Source: a virus
Lineage: Duplodnaviria; Caudoviricetes
Length of the DNA stretch: 64,000 nt
Strand: one strand, 5' to 3'
Virus record (IMG/VR): IMGVR_UViG_3300024046_000025
Span: 13,511 to 77,510 of that record
Translations under genes and position numbers: made by a program
In this document: one piece after another, positions 9,714 to 18,016 of the stretch
Numbering within the stretch: the stretch's first letter is position 1
Layout: the number at the start of each line of letters is the position of its first letter
Notes under the pieces: model-generated
Databases searched by the model: none
What the model saw: the letters and a program-made list of their open reading frames with translations, nothing else
What the model was told of the DNA's origin: nothing

Positions 9714-11378
9714 ATGCCCATCGTCACGATGCCGGACGGCACCAATGTGCAGTTTCCCGATGATATGCCGCGCGAGCAAATCAGGGGCTTGATCGCATCC
9801 AAATTCCCGGACCTTGCAGCGCAACAGCCTCAGCCTGTTGATGGCATCGCGCAGCCCCCGGCCGGCCTTCGCCCCGGAACGCCTGAATATGCACAATGGG
9901 CCGCGCAGCAGGCTCAGGCCGGCAATGCGCTGCCCCAGGTCGGGCAGCACCAGACCACGGAAAGCTCCATCCTCGACCCGTTCGTTCAGGGCGCGACTTT
10001 CGGCTGGGGCGACGAGCTGCGCGGTGCGGTGCAGGGCGGACTTGCTGCGATGCAGGGCGGCGATTTCGGCTCGGTCTATAATCAGGTCGTGGATGAGAGC
10101 CGGAATGCGCTGGATCGGGAGCGACGGGTTAATCCGGTGGGGTCTATTGCCGCCGAAATAGCAGGGGCCATCCCCACGGGCATGATGGCGGGCGGGCAAT
10201 TGGCGGGGAGGGGGGCGACACTGTTGGGGCGAATGGCCACCACAGGGGGCATTGGGTTCGGGCAGGGGGCGGTCTATGGCGCCGGCAGCTCTGATGGGAG
10301 CATCTCGGATCGGGCGCGCGCAGGCGCAATATCCAGCGCAGTCGGTGCAGGTGTCGGCGCGGCCATCCCTCTCGCCGGCAATGCGATTTCCAACCTGATC
10401 CAGAAAAGCCAGCAGGGACGTATTCTTGATGCTGCGGCGAAGGTGGCTCCGACCGCCGATGACCTGCGATCCGCAGCATCGAATTTGTTCGAGCAGGCGA
10501 CGGGCGGCACTCCGCTTGCCATCAACGATAATGCTTATATGCGGCTCTTGGGCGATGTGCAGCAATTCGGCCAGAAGCTCCGCATCAACCCGAACCTTGA
10601 CCAGAAATCCATCGGCCTGTGGGAAATGATGCGCTCGATTGCTGATGATGTTGCCCAAGGCGGCGTCGTGATCGACATGAAGGATATGCACCTTTTGAGG
10701 CAAGCCGCGCAGCGCGTGGCCATGTCCTCGGAAGGCCGCGATGCTGCGTTCGCAAACACGGTCATCAACAAGCTGGATGATTTCGTCCAGACATTGAAGC
10801 CCGCCGACATTCTCGGCGGCACTGATCCGTCACGGGCCACAAAGGCACTATACAGTGGCATCTCAACATGGTCCCGCGCCAATAAGGTTGGAATGATTGA
10901 GGAGGCCATTCGCATTGGACAGGCGGCTGCATCCGGTCCTGAAAAAGGTATTCGGAATGCCCTCCGCACCATGATCTTCAAGAAGCCCGATATATGGCGC
11001 CGGTTTAATGCCGCTGAACAGCAGGCCATCAAGGATGTAATCGACGGCACCCCCGGCTCTAACCTGATGAAGCTCGTCGGTACATTCGGCTTCGGCGGCA
11101 ACACAGCAACGAATGGCATCGGTGGCGCTGCTGGAATGGCCCTCGGTCAAATGGCCGCCGGGCCGGTTGGCATGGTGGCGGGGCCGGTGCTGGGCTCCAT
11201 CGGGCGCAACGCCTCGGAGCGTATGACGGAAGGGCTTGCTCAGCGGGCGATGGGCGCCGCTGCAACGGAAGGCTTGAAGGTGCTGCCCAGTATCAACCCC
11301 AACCAGGCAACGCCGATTGAGGTTCTGCTTCGACGGACACTCGGGCCGAATGCCGGCGGATCAGTCGCGCCGCGATAG
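9714..11378 (+). CDS. DNA ejection protein 3
   Basis: ~554 aa, G/A-rich with glycine-zipper hydrophobic stretches; ATG at 9714 follows the upstream stop. Confidence 0.65.
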   Translation: MPIVTMPDGTNVQFPDDMPREQIRGLIASKFPDLAAQQPQPVDGIAQPPAGLRPGTPEYAQWAAQQAQAGNALPQVGQHQTTESSILDPFVQGATFGWGDELRGAVQGGLAAMQGGDFGSVYNQVVDESRNALDRERRVNPVGSIAAEIAGAIPTGMMAGGQLAGRGATLLGRMATTGGIGFGQGAVYGAGSSDGSISDRARAGAISSAVGAGVGAAIPLAGNAISNLIQKSQQGRILDAAAKVAPTADDLRSAASNLFEQATGGTPLAINDNAYMRLLGDVQQFGQKLRINPNLDQKSIGLWEMMRSIADDVAQGGVVIDMKDMHLLRQAAQRVAMSSEGRDAAFANTVINKLDDFVQTLKPADILGGTDPSRATKALYSGISTWSRANKVGMIEEAIRIGQAAASGPEKGIRNALRTMIFKKPDIWRRFNAAEQQAIKDVIDGTPGSNLMKLVGTFGFGGNTATNGIGGAAGMALGQMAAGPVGMVAGPVLGSIGRNASERMTEGLAQRAMGAAATEGLKVLPSINPNQATPIEVLLRRTLGPNAGGSVAPR

Positions 11379-11582
11379 AAAGTAGTGCGGAAATACGAGT
11401 ATCAACACGGCCATGGAGAGGGCGCCAAAGCCCATTAGCGCCCAACTGAGCGGCTCGGTAAAGCCATTGGCAAAAGCTCCAAGAAAAACCGCGCCGGCCG
11501 GGACTGCCAGCCACCACCGGCTCATAGGCTTGAGCTCGTAGAGGTGGGAGTGCTTTCGGGGGTCTTGGTCAATTTGTTTCAC
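11361..11582 (-). CDS. Small two-TM membrane protein A (~73 aa)
   Basis: Two hydrophobic helices; GTG at 11582 with GAGG RBS chosen over upstream starts. Confidence 0.55.
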   Translation of the reverse strand: MKQIDQDPRKHSHLYELKPMSRWWLAVPAGAVFLGAFANGFTEPLSWALMGFGALSMAVLILVFPHYFLSRRD

Positions 11583-11904
11583 TGTCCGCCCTCGGGTTGA
11601 GAATGTCGGGGCGGGACCGGCCATATCGAAAACGGGCAACCTGGTGATGATAGTCAGGTTCAAGGCGGTCCAGCGCTTCTTCGATCGCATCGAGGTCCAT
11701 TTCGATGTTTTCGAACTTCACTGTGAAATGCGCATAGACCAGCGCAGTCATAATCATTGCAAAAGCCGGCGTCCAAGAGTGCCAGGTTTCAGGGCCAACA
11801 ACTGAGCTGACCCACCATACCCCACCAACAAAAAGTGCCGGGAATATAAACTTTCGTAGGCCCGTAGGGTGCTTTTTCATCTCAGGCATTGGAGGCTTTT
11901 CCAA
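11569..11904 (-). CDS. Small two-TM membrane protein B (~106-111 aa)
   Basis: Two hydrophobic helices plus an acidic coiled-coil tail. Confidence 0.6.
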   Translation of the reverse strand: MEKPPMPEMKKHPTGLRKFIFPALFVGGVWWVSSVVGPETWHSWTPAFAMIMTALVYAHFTVKFENIEMDLDAIEEALDRLEPDYHHQVARFRYGRSRPDILNPRADSETN

Positions 11905-11932
11905 TCGTAGAAGTCATAGCTTCTACCGGATT

Positions 11933-12127
11933 TCATCGCGCAACCTCGTCATCAAAAACACGAATGCCTCTCTCGTCTAGCAGTCTATTCACGCGCACTT
12001 CCAACGCATGAATTTGCCATGAGACTGCCAAGACAAACAACGCTAGGACCGCTGCCCACCACGGGGCTTGGCCTAAGAATGCGTAGATGACTATCAGGGC
12101 GGCCAAGATTAAGTATCGGGTTTTCAT
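11933..12127 (-). CDS. Small two-TM membrane protein C, 64 aa
   Basis: MKTRYLILAALIVIYAFLGQAPWWAAVLALFVLAV..., strongly hydrophobic. Confidence 0.65.
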   Translation of the reverse strand: MKTRYLILAALIVIYAFLGQAPWWAAVLALFVLAVSWQIHALEVRVNRLLDERGIRVFDDEVAR

Positions 12128-12142
12128 GGGCTTGTCACAATT

Positions 12143-12427
12143 TCATGCGGCGCGATCATTCTCTGCCTTCTCAAGCACCGACCACCAGTAATCAATGCCA
12201 ACAAAGAGTAGGGCAGGAAGGCCGTACATAGCCGCCGTAGTTAGGCTAAAGCCCGTCCCGTTGGCAAAGCCAAATCCTGCCAGAACGAAAGCCACAACAA
12301 ACGCAGTAGCGTGCGACCAAAATAGGAAATGGCCTGGGACTAAGCGCCTAAAGACGAAATTAGTCAGCCGCGAAAGAAGTCCATACCCGATCAGCATACC
12401 GCCCAGCAGGGCCATTTCATAAGTCAT
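12143..12427 (-). CDS. Small multi-TM membrane protein D, 94 aa
   Basis: About three hydrophobic segments; purine-rich RBS. Confidence 0.65.
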   Translation of the reverse strand: MTYEMALLGGMLIGYGLLSRLTNFVFRRLVPGHFLFWSHATAFVVAFVLAGFGFANGTGFSLTTAAMYGLPALLFVGIDYWWSVLEKAENDRAA

Positions 12428-12501
12428 TCGCTCACCCCCTTTAGTTCCCTACTAAATCGTTACCGGGAGATTTCGGGGTTGTCGATAGAATTGGAACGCG
12501 C

Positions 12502-14256
12502 ATGGCCAGTGACGATCTAATCAACACCATCATTGCCGAGGCTGGCGGCGAAGGCGAAGCCGGTATTATCGCCGCAACGTGGGCAATAGCACAGCGCGCC
12601 GCTGCGCGCGGCCAGTCCATGGACCAGGTGATTAAGTCCGGGTTCGACGGCTATTCCAATCCCGGCTCAGGCGCCATTCGCGCGCAGCAGAACCAAGGCC
12701 TGCGCCGGCAGGTCGAGCAGATCATCAGCGGAGTGCAGCAAGGGCGGATTGCCAATCCCGTTCCGGGCGCCGATCATTTTCTCTCAGGCTCCGTCATGCC
12801 TTCGTGGGCAAGAGGCATGGATCATGTGGCCACCATTGGCGGGCATCGGTTCTATGCCTCGGGCAATGTGCCCAGAAGCGCGCAGGGCGTCTCACTGCCG
12901 CCCGGTGAATTGCCCACTGTCGCCACGGCTCTGGACGTTACCCCTCGCCAAGCCCCGGCGCCGGCCAGCATGTCGCCCTTTACCGCAGCGGTGCGCAATC
13001 TCCAGCCCACTTCGACGGACACGGCCTCGCTCTATTCGGGGATATTCTCCACGCCCCAGCAGGATCGTGGCCCGATCACCGATAGCGACCTGTTCACTGG
13101 CCCCGGCATTTCCGAAACCATCCAGCGCACGCAGGCCCAGCAGGATCCCGCTCTTGCATCGGCGCTGCAAGCCTATGTGACGCGCCAGCAGGCCCCGCAG
13201 TTGTCTTCTGGGCCCATCTCCTACGCAGGGCAGGAACGCAGCCCCAGCCCCGCCCCAGCCGCCCGCGCAACCACGTCCATGCCCATAGGGGTGGCGCAGA
13301 GCTATGCAGGGCAGGAGAGGGGCCCCACGTCCTTGCCTCCCGTCCCCATGCCTCTCCCTCGCCCTGTGACGGCCAGCGATATTGCTCGAGCGGAAGGCAC
13401 TACGGTTGCGAGTATCCCCTCCACCTACGCCAATCCGGCCGCCGCCCCGGTGCGACTGCCGGAATTGCCTGCCGCCGGCCAACGCGGGATCGGTCAGCCG
13501 CCCGCGACAAGGGCGGTTCAGTCTGTCCCTGTCCCCGCCCAGCCTTCTACGGCAACAGACACGGCCAGGCGCGCCACGGCAGCGGAAATCCGCGCGGACA
13601 ATGGGCAGGCCATTCCAAGAGCAAGTGCGTCTCAGTCGGTTGCGGCCCCTGCGGGGAGCTTCAACCCGCCCCTATCATCGCGGAACACCGGCATATCCAC
13701 TTCGGATCGTGTTCGCGCGGCGCAGGCACCAGCAACGGAACAGCGCCTTGCTGCGGGATTGGCTCAACCGGCTCCGATTGAAGGAGTTATCGGGCCTCAG
13801 CAGGTCGCGCAGATTGGTGTGGGTCTGGATGGCACCAGAGGCCTGCCGTCGCTCACCCCTCCGGTGCCGCTCCCTCCATATAGGGCCGTCGCTACCGCGC
13901 TATCAGTCACACCGCCGCTGCCGCGCGCCAGGCCAGCTCAGGCCGTGCCGATGCCCCCGCTTCCGATTGCCCGGCCAATGCAGGCGGCCGCCATGCCTTC
14001 GCTGCGCCTCCAGTCTCCGCTCAGAGTTTTGGTGAACGGAGCCAACGGGGTCATGCAATCCATGTCCCAGCCTCGGCAGCAAACTTCGGCGGTTCAGGCT
14101 TTCCGCAACCAAGGGATGAGCGCTGCACAGGCCTATGACGCCGCAAATGCCGCTGCCGCTCAGCGCGCGCGGGACAACGCGGGATCGGCTGGCGGATCAC
14201 AGGTCTATTCATCCGGCGGCCAACGATACGACCGAACGACCGGCAATTGGGTCTAA
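12502..14256 (+). CDS. Virion-associated cell-wall hydrolase (SleB/Hydrolase_2-like N-terminus) with long Pro/Ala/Gln-rich extension
   Basis: TIIAEAGGEG (catalytic Glu position), GADHF, PSWA, IGGHRFY in the first ~120 aa; the remainder is low complexity. Confidence 0.75.
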   Translation: MASDDLINTIIAEAGGEGEAGIIAATWAIAQRAAARGQSMDQVIKSGFDGYSNPGSGAIRAQQNQGLRRQVEQIISGVQQGRIANPVPGADHFLSGSVMPSWARGMDHVATIGGHRFYASGNVPRSAQGVSLPPGELPTVATALDVTPRQAPAPASMSPFTAAVRNLQPTSTDTASLYSGIFSTPQQDRGPITDSDLFTGPGISETIQRTQAQQDPALASALQAYVTRQQAPQLSSGPISYAGQERSPSPAPAARATTSMPIGVAQSYAGQERGPTSLPPVPMPLPRPVTASDIARAEGTTVASIPSTYANPAAAPVRLPELPAAGQRGIGQPPATRAVQSVPVPAQPSTATDTARRATAAEIRADNGQAIPRASASQSVAAPAGSFNPPLSSRNTGISTSDRVRAAQAPATEQRLAAGLAQPAPIEGVIGPQQVAQIGVGLDGTRGLPSLTPPVPLPPYRAVATALSVTPPLPRARPAQAVPMPPLPIARPMQAAAMPSLRLQSPLRVLVNGANGVMQSMSQPRQQTSAVQAFRNQGMSAAQAYDAANAAAAQRARDNAGSAGGSQVYSSGGQRYDRTTGNWV

Positions 14257-14268
14257 AGGAGCCAAGCC

Positions 14269-15525
14269 ATGGCAAAAAACTCAGTCCCTGAATGGGATGA
14301 AACCCAGACTAATAACACCGACATTGGCGGGACGAATATTGATGAGGGCTGCGCGTCTTCTGGCATGAATGATGCCGTGCGCAAAATCATGGCGCAGCTC
14401 AAGGCGTTCTTCAAATCCAGTGTTTTTCGGCTATGGGACGGAACGGATAACACCAAGCGCCTGGCCTTCGACCTCTCCAGCCTGACCACCGGCACCACGC
14501 GCACCCTGAAAGTCCAGGATCGCAGCGGTACTATCGCCATGTCTGATAGCACCGACACCCGCCGCAACCGCCTCGTCAACCACGACAAGTTGGTCAGCCA
14601 GGAAAACGGCCAGACGGCAGGCACTACGAATGGCAGATACCCGTCCGATCAGAATGCCATGTATTTCGTCTCGTCGGCGGGCACCTTCACCGGCGTCAAT
14701 GTCGCTGGCAGGACCAGCCCAAAGGGCGGCAATCGAGACCGCATCACGATCACGACTGCCGACACATCCTTGGCGGCTGGCGAATTCCTCACCTACACGC
14801 AGAACATCGAGGGCTCCAACGTCGCCGATCTGAAATGGGGTACGGCGGATGCGGTTCCTGTGGTGCTGCGCCGGGGCTTCAATTTTCCTGAAGGTACGTG
14901 GACTGTCGCCTTCCACAACTCTGCCGCGAACCGATCCTATGTGACCACCTTCACCGTATCATCGGCAGAGGCGAATACCGACATTGTGCGCGAATTCGCC
15001 ATTCCCGGCGATACCATTGGCACATGGCTCACGGCGGACGGCGTGATCGGCATCACCATGGACGTGGTGATTGGCGCGGGCTCCACCTTCCAAGGCGTTG
15101 CTGGCTGGCAGGCAGGCAATATCCTGACCGTCGCGGGCGCATCGAACGGCATGGCGATGTCTGGCGCCGTGTTCGAATTCTTCGATGAGGGGCTACGGGC
15201 TGACCCTGACGCTACCGGCGTCTATGGGCAGTATGAGGTGGGGGAGGTTGATCCGGTTTATCGAAGCGAGCGGTACTGGGAGGTACAGAGCGCCATAACG
15301 CTCTTTACTTATTCTGACGCGCCGATAGTTCAAGTGGGCTCCGTGCAATTCAAAGTACGAAAATGCAAACCGCCCATCGTTAGCAAGGTGGCGGGTATTA
15401 TTTCCAATGGCGGGTATTCCGTTGGGAGCGCGACTATCGACGGCTTTCGTCTTTCTAGCGACTCCGTTTCTGGCGGCGTCCGTGAAATCGATTTGATTGC
15501 TTCCTCTAACGCGAGGCTGTCATGA
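14269..15525 (+). CDS. Tail fibre / receptor-binding protein
   Basis: N-terminal EGCASSGMNDAVRKIMAQLK attachment region, RTLKVQDRSGTIA linker, beta-rich body; followed by a chaperone gene. Confidence 0.75.
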   Translation: MAKNSVPEWDETQTNNTDIGGTNIDEGCASSGMNDAVRKIMAQLKAFFKSSVFRLWDGTDNTKRLAFDLSSLTTGTTRTLKVQDRSGTIAMSDSTDTRRNRLVNHDKLVSQENGQTAGTTNGRYPSDQNAMYFVSSAGTFTGVNVAGRTSPKGGNRDRITITTADTSLAAGEFLTYTQNIEGSNVADLKWGTADAVPVVLRRGFNFPEGTWTVAFHNSAANRSYVTTFTVSSAEANTDIVREFAIPGDTIGTWLTADGVIGITMDVVIGAGSTFQGVAGWQAGNILTVAGASNGMAMSGAVFEFFDEGLRADPDATGVYGQYEVGEVDPVYRSERYWEVQSAITLFTYSDAPIVQVGSVQFKVRKCKPPIVSKVAGIISNGGYSVGSATIDGFRLSSDSVSGGVREIDLIASSNARLS

Positions 15526-16055
15526 TCTACGTCACCGCAATCTACGCCAATTCCGATCAGACCCTCGTCACCGGCACCGACGCGGGCGGCAACACCGAGA
15601 CCGTCCCAGCTGATTTCACTCTGTTCCGCCAGCCCGATGATGGTCCTCAAGGCTTCCTCGCCAATGGCGGAGTGATCCAGCCTTATGAGGCATTCCCGAC
15701 GCTCGAAGAGGCCATAGCCGCCAAGCTGGTCGAGCTTGACGACTTCCGGTGGCGGATGGAGGTTGGCGGTGCTGCCTTTCGCGGCTCCATCATCCGCACC
15801 GATGCCAACAGCCAAGCCAAGATCACCGCTGTTTATGCGATGGCGCGGCTCGATCCAGAATATGAAGTGCCGGTCTGGGAAGTCGTGCCGGGGGTATTCA
15901 TCCCCCTCGATAACTCGACCATCATCGCCATGGGCGAAGCGGTACGGGATCATGTGCAGGCAACGTTCAATCGCAAGGCCCAGCTTCACATGGCGATTGC
16001 AGGGCTCGCCACCATCGAGGCCGTCCAGAGCTTCGACATCGCGGCAGAGTGGTAG
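15522..16055 (+). CDS. Tail fibre assembly chaperone (DUF4376-like C-terminus)
   Basis: ATGA overlap with the fibre gene; AMGEAVRDHVQATFNRKAQL...AIAGLATIEAV pattern. Confidence 0.65.
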   Translation: MIYVTAIYANSDQTLVTGTDAGGNTETVPADFTLFRQPDDGPQGFLANGGVIQPYEAFPTLEEAIAAKLVELDDFRWRMEVGGAAFRGSIIRTDANSQAKITAVYAMARLDPEYEVPVWEVVPGVFIPLDNSTIIAMGEAVRDHVQATFNRKAQLHMAIAGLATIEAVQSFDIAAEW

Positions 16056-16085
16056 CCGCTTAATCCCACATCACAGGAGGCCGAA

Positions 16086-16718
16086 ATGGCCAAACTCAAC
16101 GCGGAGCAGGTGTTCCGCGCGAAGACGCCTGCCATCATGGCGCAGCTTATGCGTGATTTTCCCATCACGCCGGTAGATGCAGCCGCGATCCTCGGCAACC
16201 TCGGGCACGAAAGTGCCGGACTGACCACCCTTCAGGAGATCAAGCCCGCAGTTCCGGGATCCAAGGGTGGCTATGGATGGGTGCAGTGGACCGGCCCACG
16301 ACGCCGCGCCTATGAGACATATTGCAAGCGCACCGGCAAAGACCCGGCCAGCGATGAAGCCAATTATGCATATCTGTTCCTGGAACTGAAAGGCATAGAG
16401 GGCAGCGAAGGAGGGGCTATTGGCAAACTGGTTGCGGCCGAGGGGTTGGATGCTAAGGTTGAAGCGTTCGAGCGCGCGTTTCTGCGTGCGGGCGTGAAGC
16501 ACTACCCCAGCCGCAAGCAGTGGGCCGCCATCGCGCTCGATGCGTGGCGGGTCAAGTCCAACACCGGCATTCCGATCCCCAATCCCACGCCAGAGCCACA
16601 GCGCCCGCAGGGGGCTGAAAAGCTCGAACGAGGCAAAGCACCCATCATCCTCATCATCTTCGCCCTGGCCGCCCTCGCAGCGGCCCTTTTCTTGCTCCCC
16701 ATTTTCCCGAAAGGCTGA
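16086..16718 (+). CDS. Endolysin, phage lysozyme 2 family, with C-terminal transmembrane helix
   Basis: AAAILGNLGHESAG and GGYGWVQWTGPRR motifs; Pro linker then IILIIFALAALAAALFLLPIF. Confidence 0.8.
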   Translation: MAKLNAEQVFRAKTPAIMAQLMRDFPITPVDAAAILGNLGHESAGLTTLQEIKPAVPGSKGGYGWVQWTGPRRRAYETYCKRTGKDPASDEANYAYLFLELKGIEGSEGGAIGKLVAAEGLDAKVEAFERAFLRAGVKHYPSRKQWAAIALDAWRVKSNTGIPIPNPTPEPQRPQGAEKLERGKAPIILIIFALAALAAALFLLPIFPKG

Positions 16719-16723
16719 ACATC

Positions 16724-17038
16724 ATGGGCATTCTCGAAAACGTCGCCATCCAGTGGCTTATCCGGCGCATCCCCGAGGTCGGCGGGCTGCTGCTCACCAT
16801 CGTGACCTTCTTTGCCGCCATCCCGCCCGAACAGCAGGCGGTCATCATCGCTATTCTCACTGGCAATGGTGGGGGCCTCACGGTCGGGGCGGTCATTGGC
16901 CTTGCCATGTGGATCTATGCCCAGGTCATGAGTTTCCGCCAGACCACCAAGCCCAAGGTCGTGGAGCAGGTCGCCGGCCGGCCCATGGAGATCAGCAGCG
17001 GCAGGAAATCCCTGCTCGATATCCTGCTGGGCAGGTGA
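16724..17038 (+). CDS. Holin-like membrane protein
   Basis: 104 aa with 2-3 hydrophobic helices and a charged C-terminus, directly after the endolysin. Confidence 0.6.
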   Translation: MGILENVAIQWLIRRIPEVGGLLLTIVTFFAAIPPEQQAVIIAILTGNGGGLTVGAVIGLAMWIYAQVMSFRQTTKPKVVEQVAGRPMEISSGRKSLLDILLGR

Positions 17039-17042
17039 CTAT

Positions 17043-17070
17043 GGGGCGGCTCCGGCCGCCTCCCTTTATT
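17043..17070 (+). terminator. Terminator-like hairpin after holin
   Basis: GGGGCGGC-TCCG-GCCGCCTC followed by CCTTTATT. Confidence 0.5.
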
Positions 17071-17086
17071 TCGAATGAGGCCGCCC

Positions 17087-17320
17087 ATGTCTGGACCAAA
17101 AATCGACTTCACCATCAACCTCGGCCATATCATCACCTTCACCGGGTTGATCGTCACCATGGCCTTGGGCTGGTCAACCTTTGACGGCCGACTACGAGCC
17201 GTCGAAAAGACGCTGGAGACCACCACAGCAACGCTGGTGGAACAGGTGCGCCAGGGGAGTGCCATTCAGGCGCTTGACCAGCGCATGCAGCGCGTCGAGC
17301 GTATCGTGGATGCTCGGTAG
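17087..17320 (+). CDS. Lysis-associated membrane-anchored coiled-coil protein (77 aa)
   Basis: One N-terminal TM plus coiled coil; GAGG RBS; last + strand gene of the late operon. Confidence 0.6.
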   Translation: MSGPKIDFTINLGHIITFTGLIVTMALGWSTFDGRLRAVEKTLETTTATLVEQVRQGSAIQALDQRMQRVERIVDAR

Positions 17321-17355
17321 TCATCCGGGCACAAATATTATTGCGCCCGGATGAC
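17320..17355. terminator. Hairpin between convergent lysis and radC genes (probable bidirectional terminator)
   Basis: Perfect 11-bp inverted repeat GTCATCCGGGC / GCCCGGATGAC around an AT-rich loop. Confidence 0.65.
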
Positions 17356-17361
17356 GGAGGA

Positions 17362-18015
17362 TCAGCCGTTCAGAAGCTTCATTGCCCGCATGGAAACATG
17401 CCCGCACCTGCCGATGATGATATGGTCATGAACCAGAATTCCCATCGGTTTGGCCACGGTAATGATCTCATGAGTCATCCGAAGATCGGCGGATGACGGC
17501 GCAGGATCGCCAGAGGGATGGTTGTGGACCAATATGAGCGAGATGGCCGACAATTCTAGCGTCCGCCGGATCACCTCGCGCGGATAGATAGGCGTATAGT
17601 CCACCGTACCGACCTGCTGCACCTCATCAGCGATAAGGCGGTTCTTCTTGTCGAGGAAAAGAACCCGGAACTGCTCGATGCTCTCGAAGGCCATTGCTGT
17701 GTGACAGTAATCCAGGAGCTGTGGCCAAGAGGTTAGAATTGGCCCTGCATCGCAAATTCGTTCCTTGGCGATTTGCTGTGTTGCCTCCATCACTGTCGAT
17801 AGAAGCCGAGCCGTGGCAGGGCCTACTCCTGCCACCTCCTGCATCCGATAGGATGGCGCCGCGATTGCCGCAGGCAGAGAGCCGAAACGTCGCAGTAATC
17901 CGGCTGAGATTTCCCTGGATCTCCTGATCCCCACGGCCGAGGAAAGTAGCCGAGTCAGAAGCTGTTCCTGGTCCTCGGCAGTCCATCTGGCAACGTACCT
18001 TTTGGTGTGCTGCAT
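17362..18015 (-). CDS. radC: RadC-family JAB/MPN domain protein
   Basis: VAGVG HhH-like motif, EQFRVLFLDKKNRLI, GTVDYTPIYPREV, LVHNHPSGDPAPSSAD, VHDHIIIG. Start taken as ATG 18015 (MQHTK). Confidence 0.92.
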   Translation of the reverse strand: MQHTKRYVARWTAEDQEQLLTRLLSSAVGIRRSREISAGLLRRFGSLPAAIAAPSYRMQEVAGVGPATARLLSTVMEATQQIAKERICDAGPILTSWPQLLDYCHTAMAFESIEQFRVLFLDKKNRLIADEVQQVGTVDYTPIYPREVIRRTLELSAISLILVHNHPSGDPAPSSADLRMTHEIITVAKPMGILVHDHIIIGRCGHVSMRAMKLLNG

Positions 18016-18016
18016 T

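Noticed and set aside
14269-15525. Diversity-generating retroelement target in the tail fibre tip
   Set aside because: No reverse transcriptase and no template-repeat copy of the tip visible in the window; only the composition shift is retained as a finding.
17320-17355. GTCATCC-type hairpin as a REP/RIME repeat family member
   Set aside because: Single copy in the window and located exactly between convergent genes, so a terminator is the simpler explanation.
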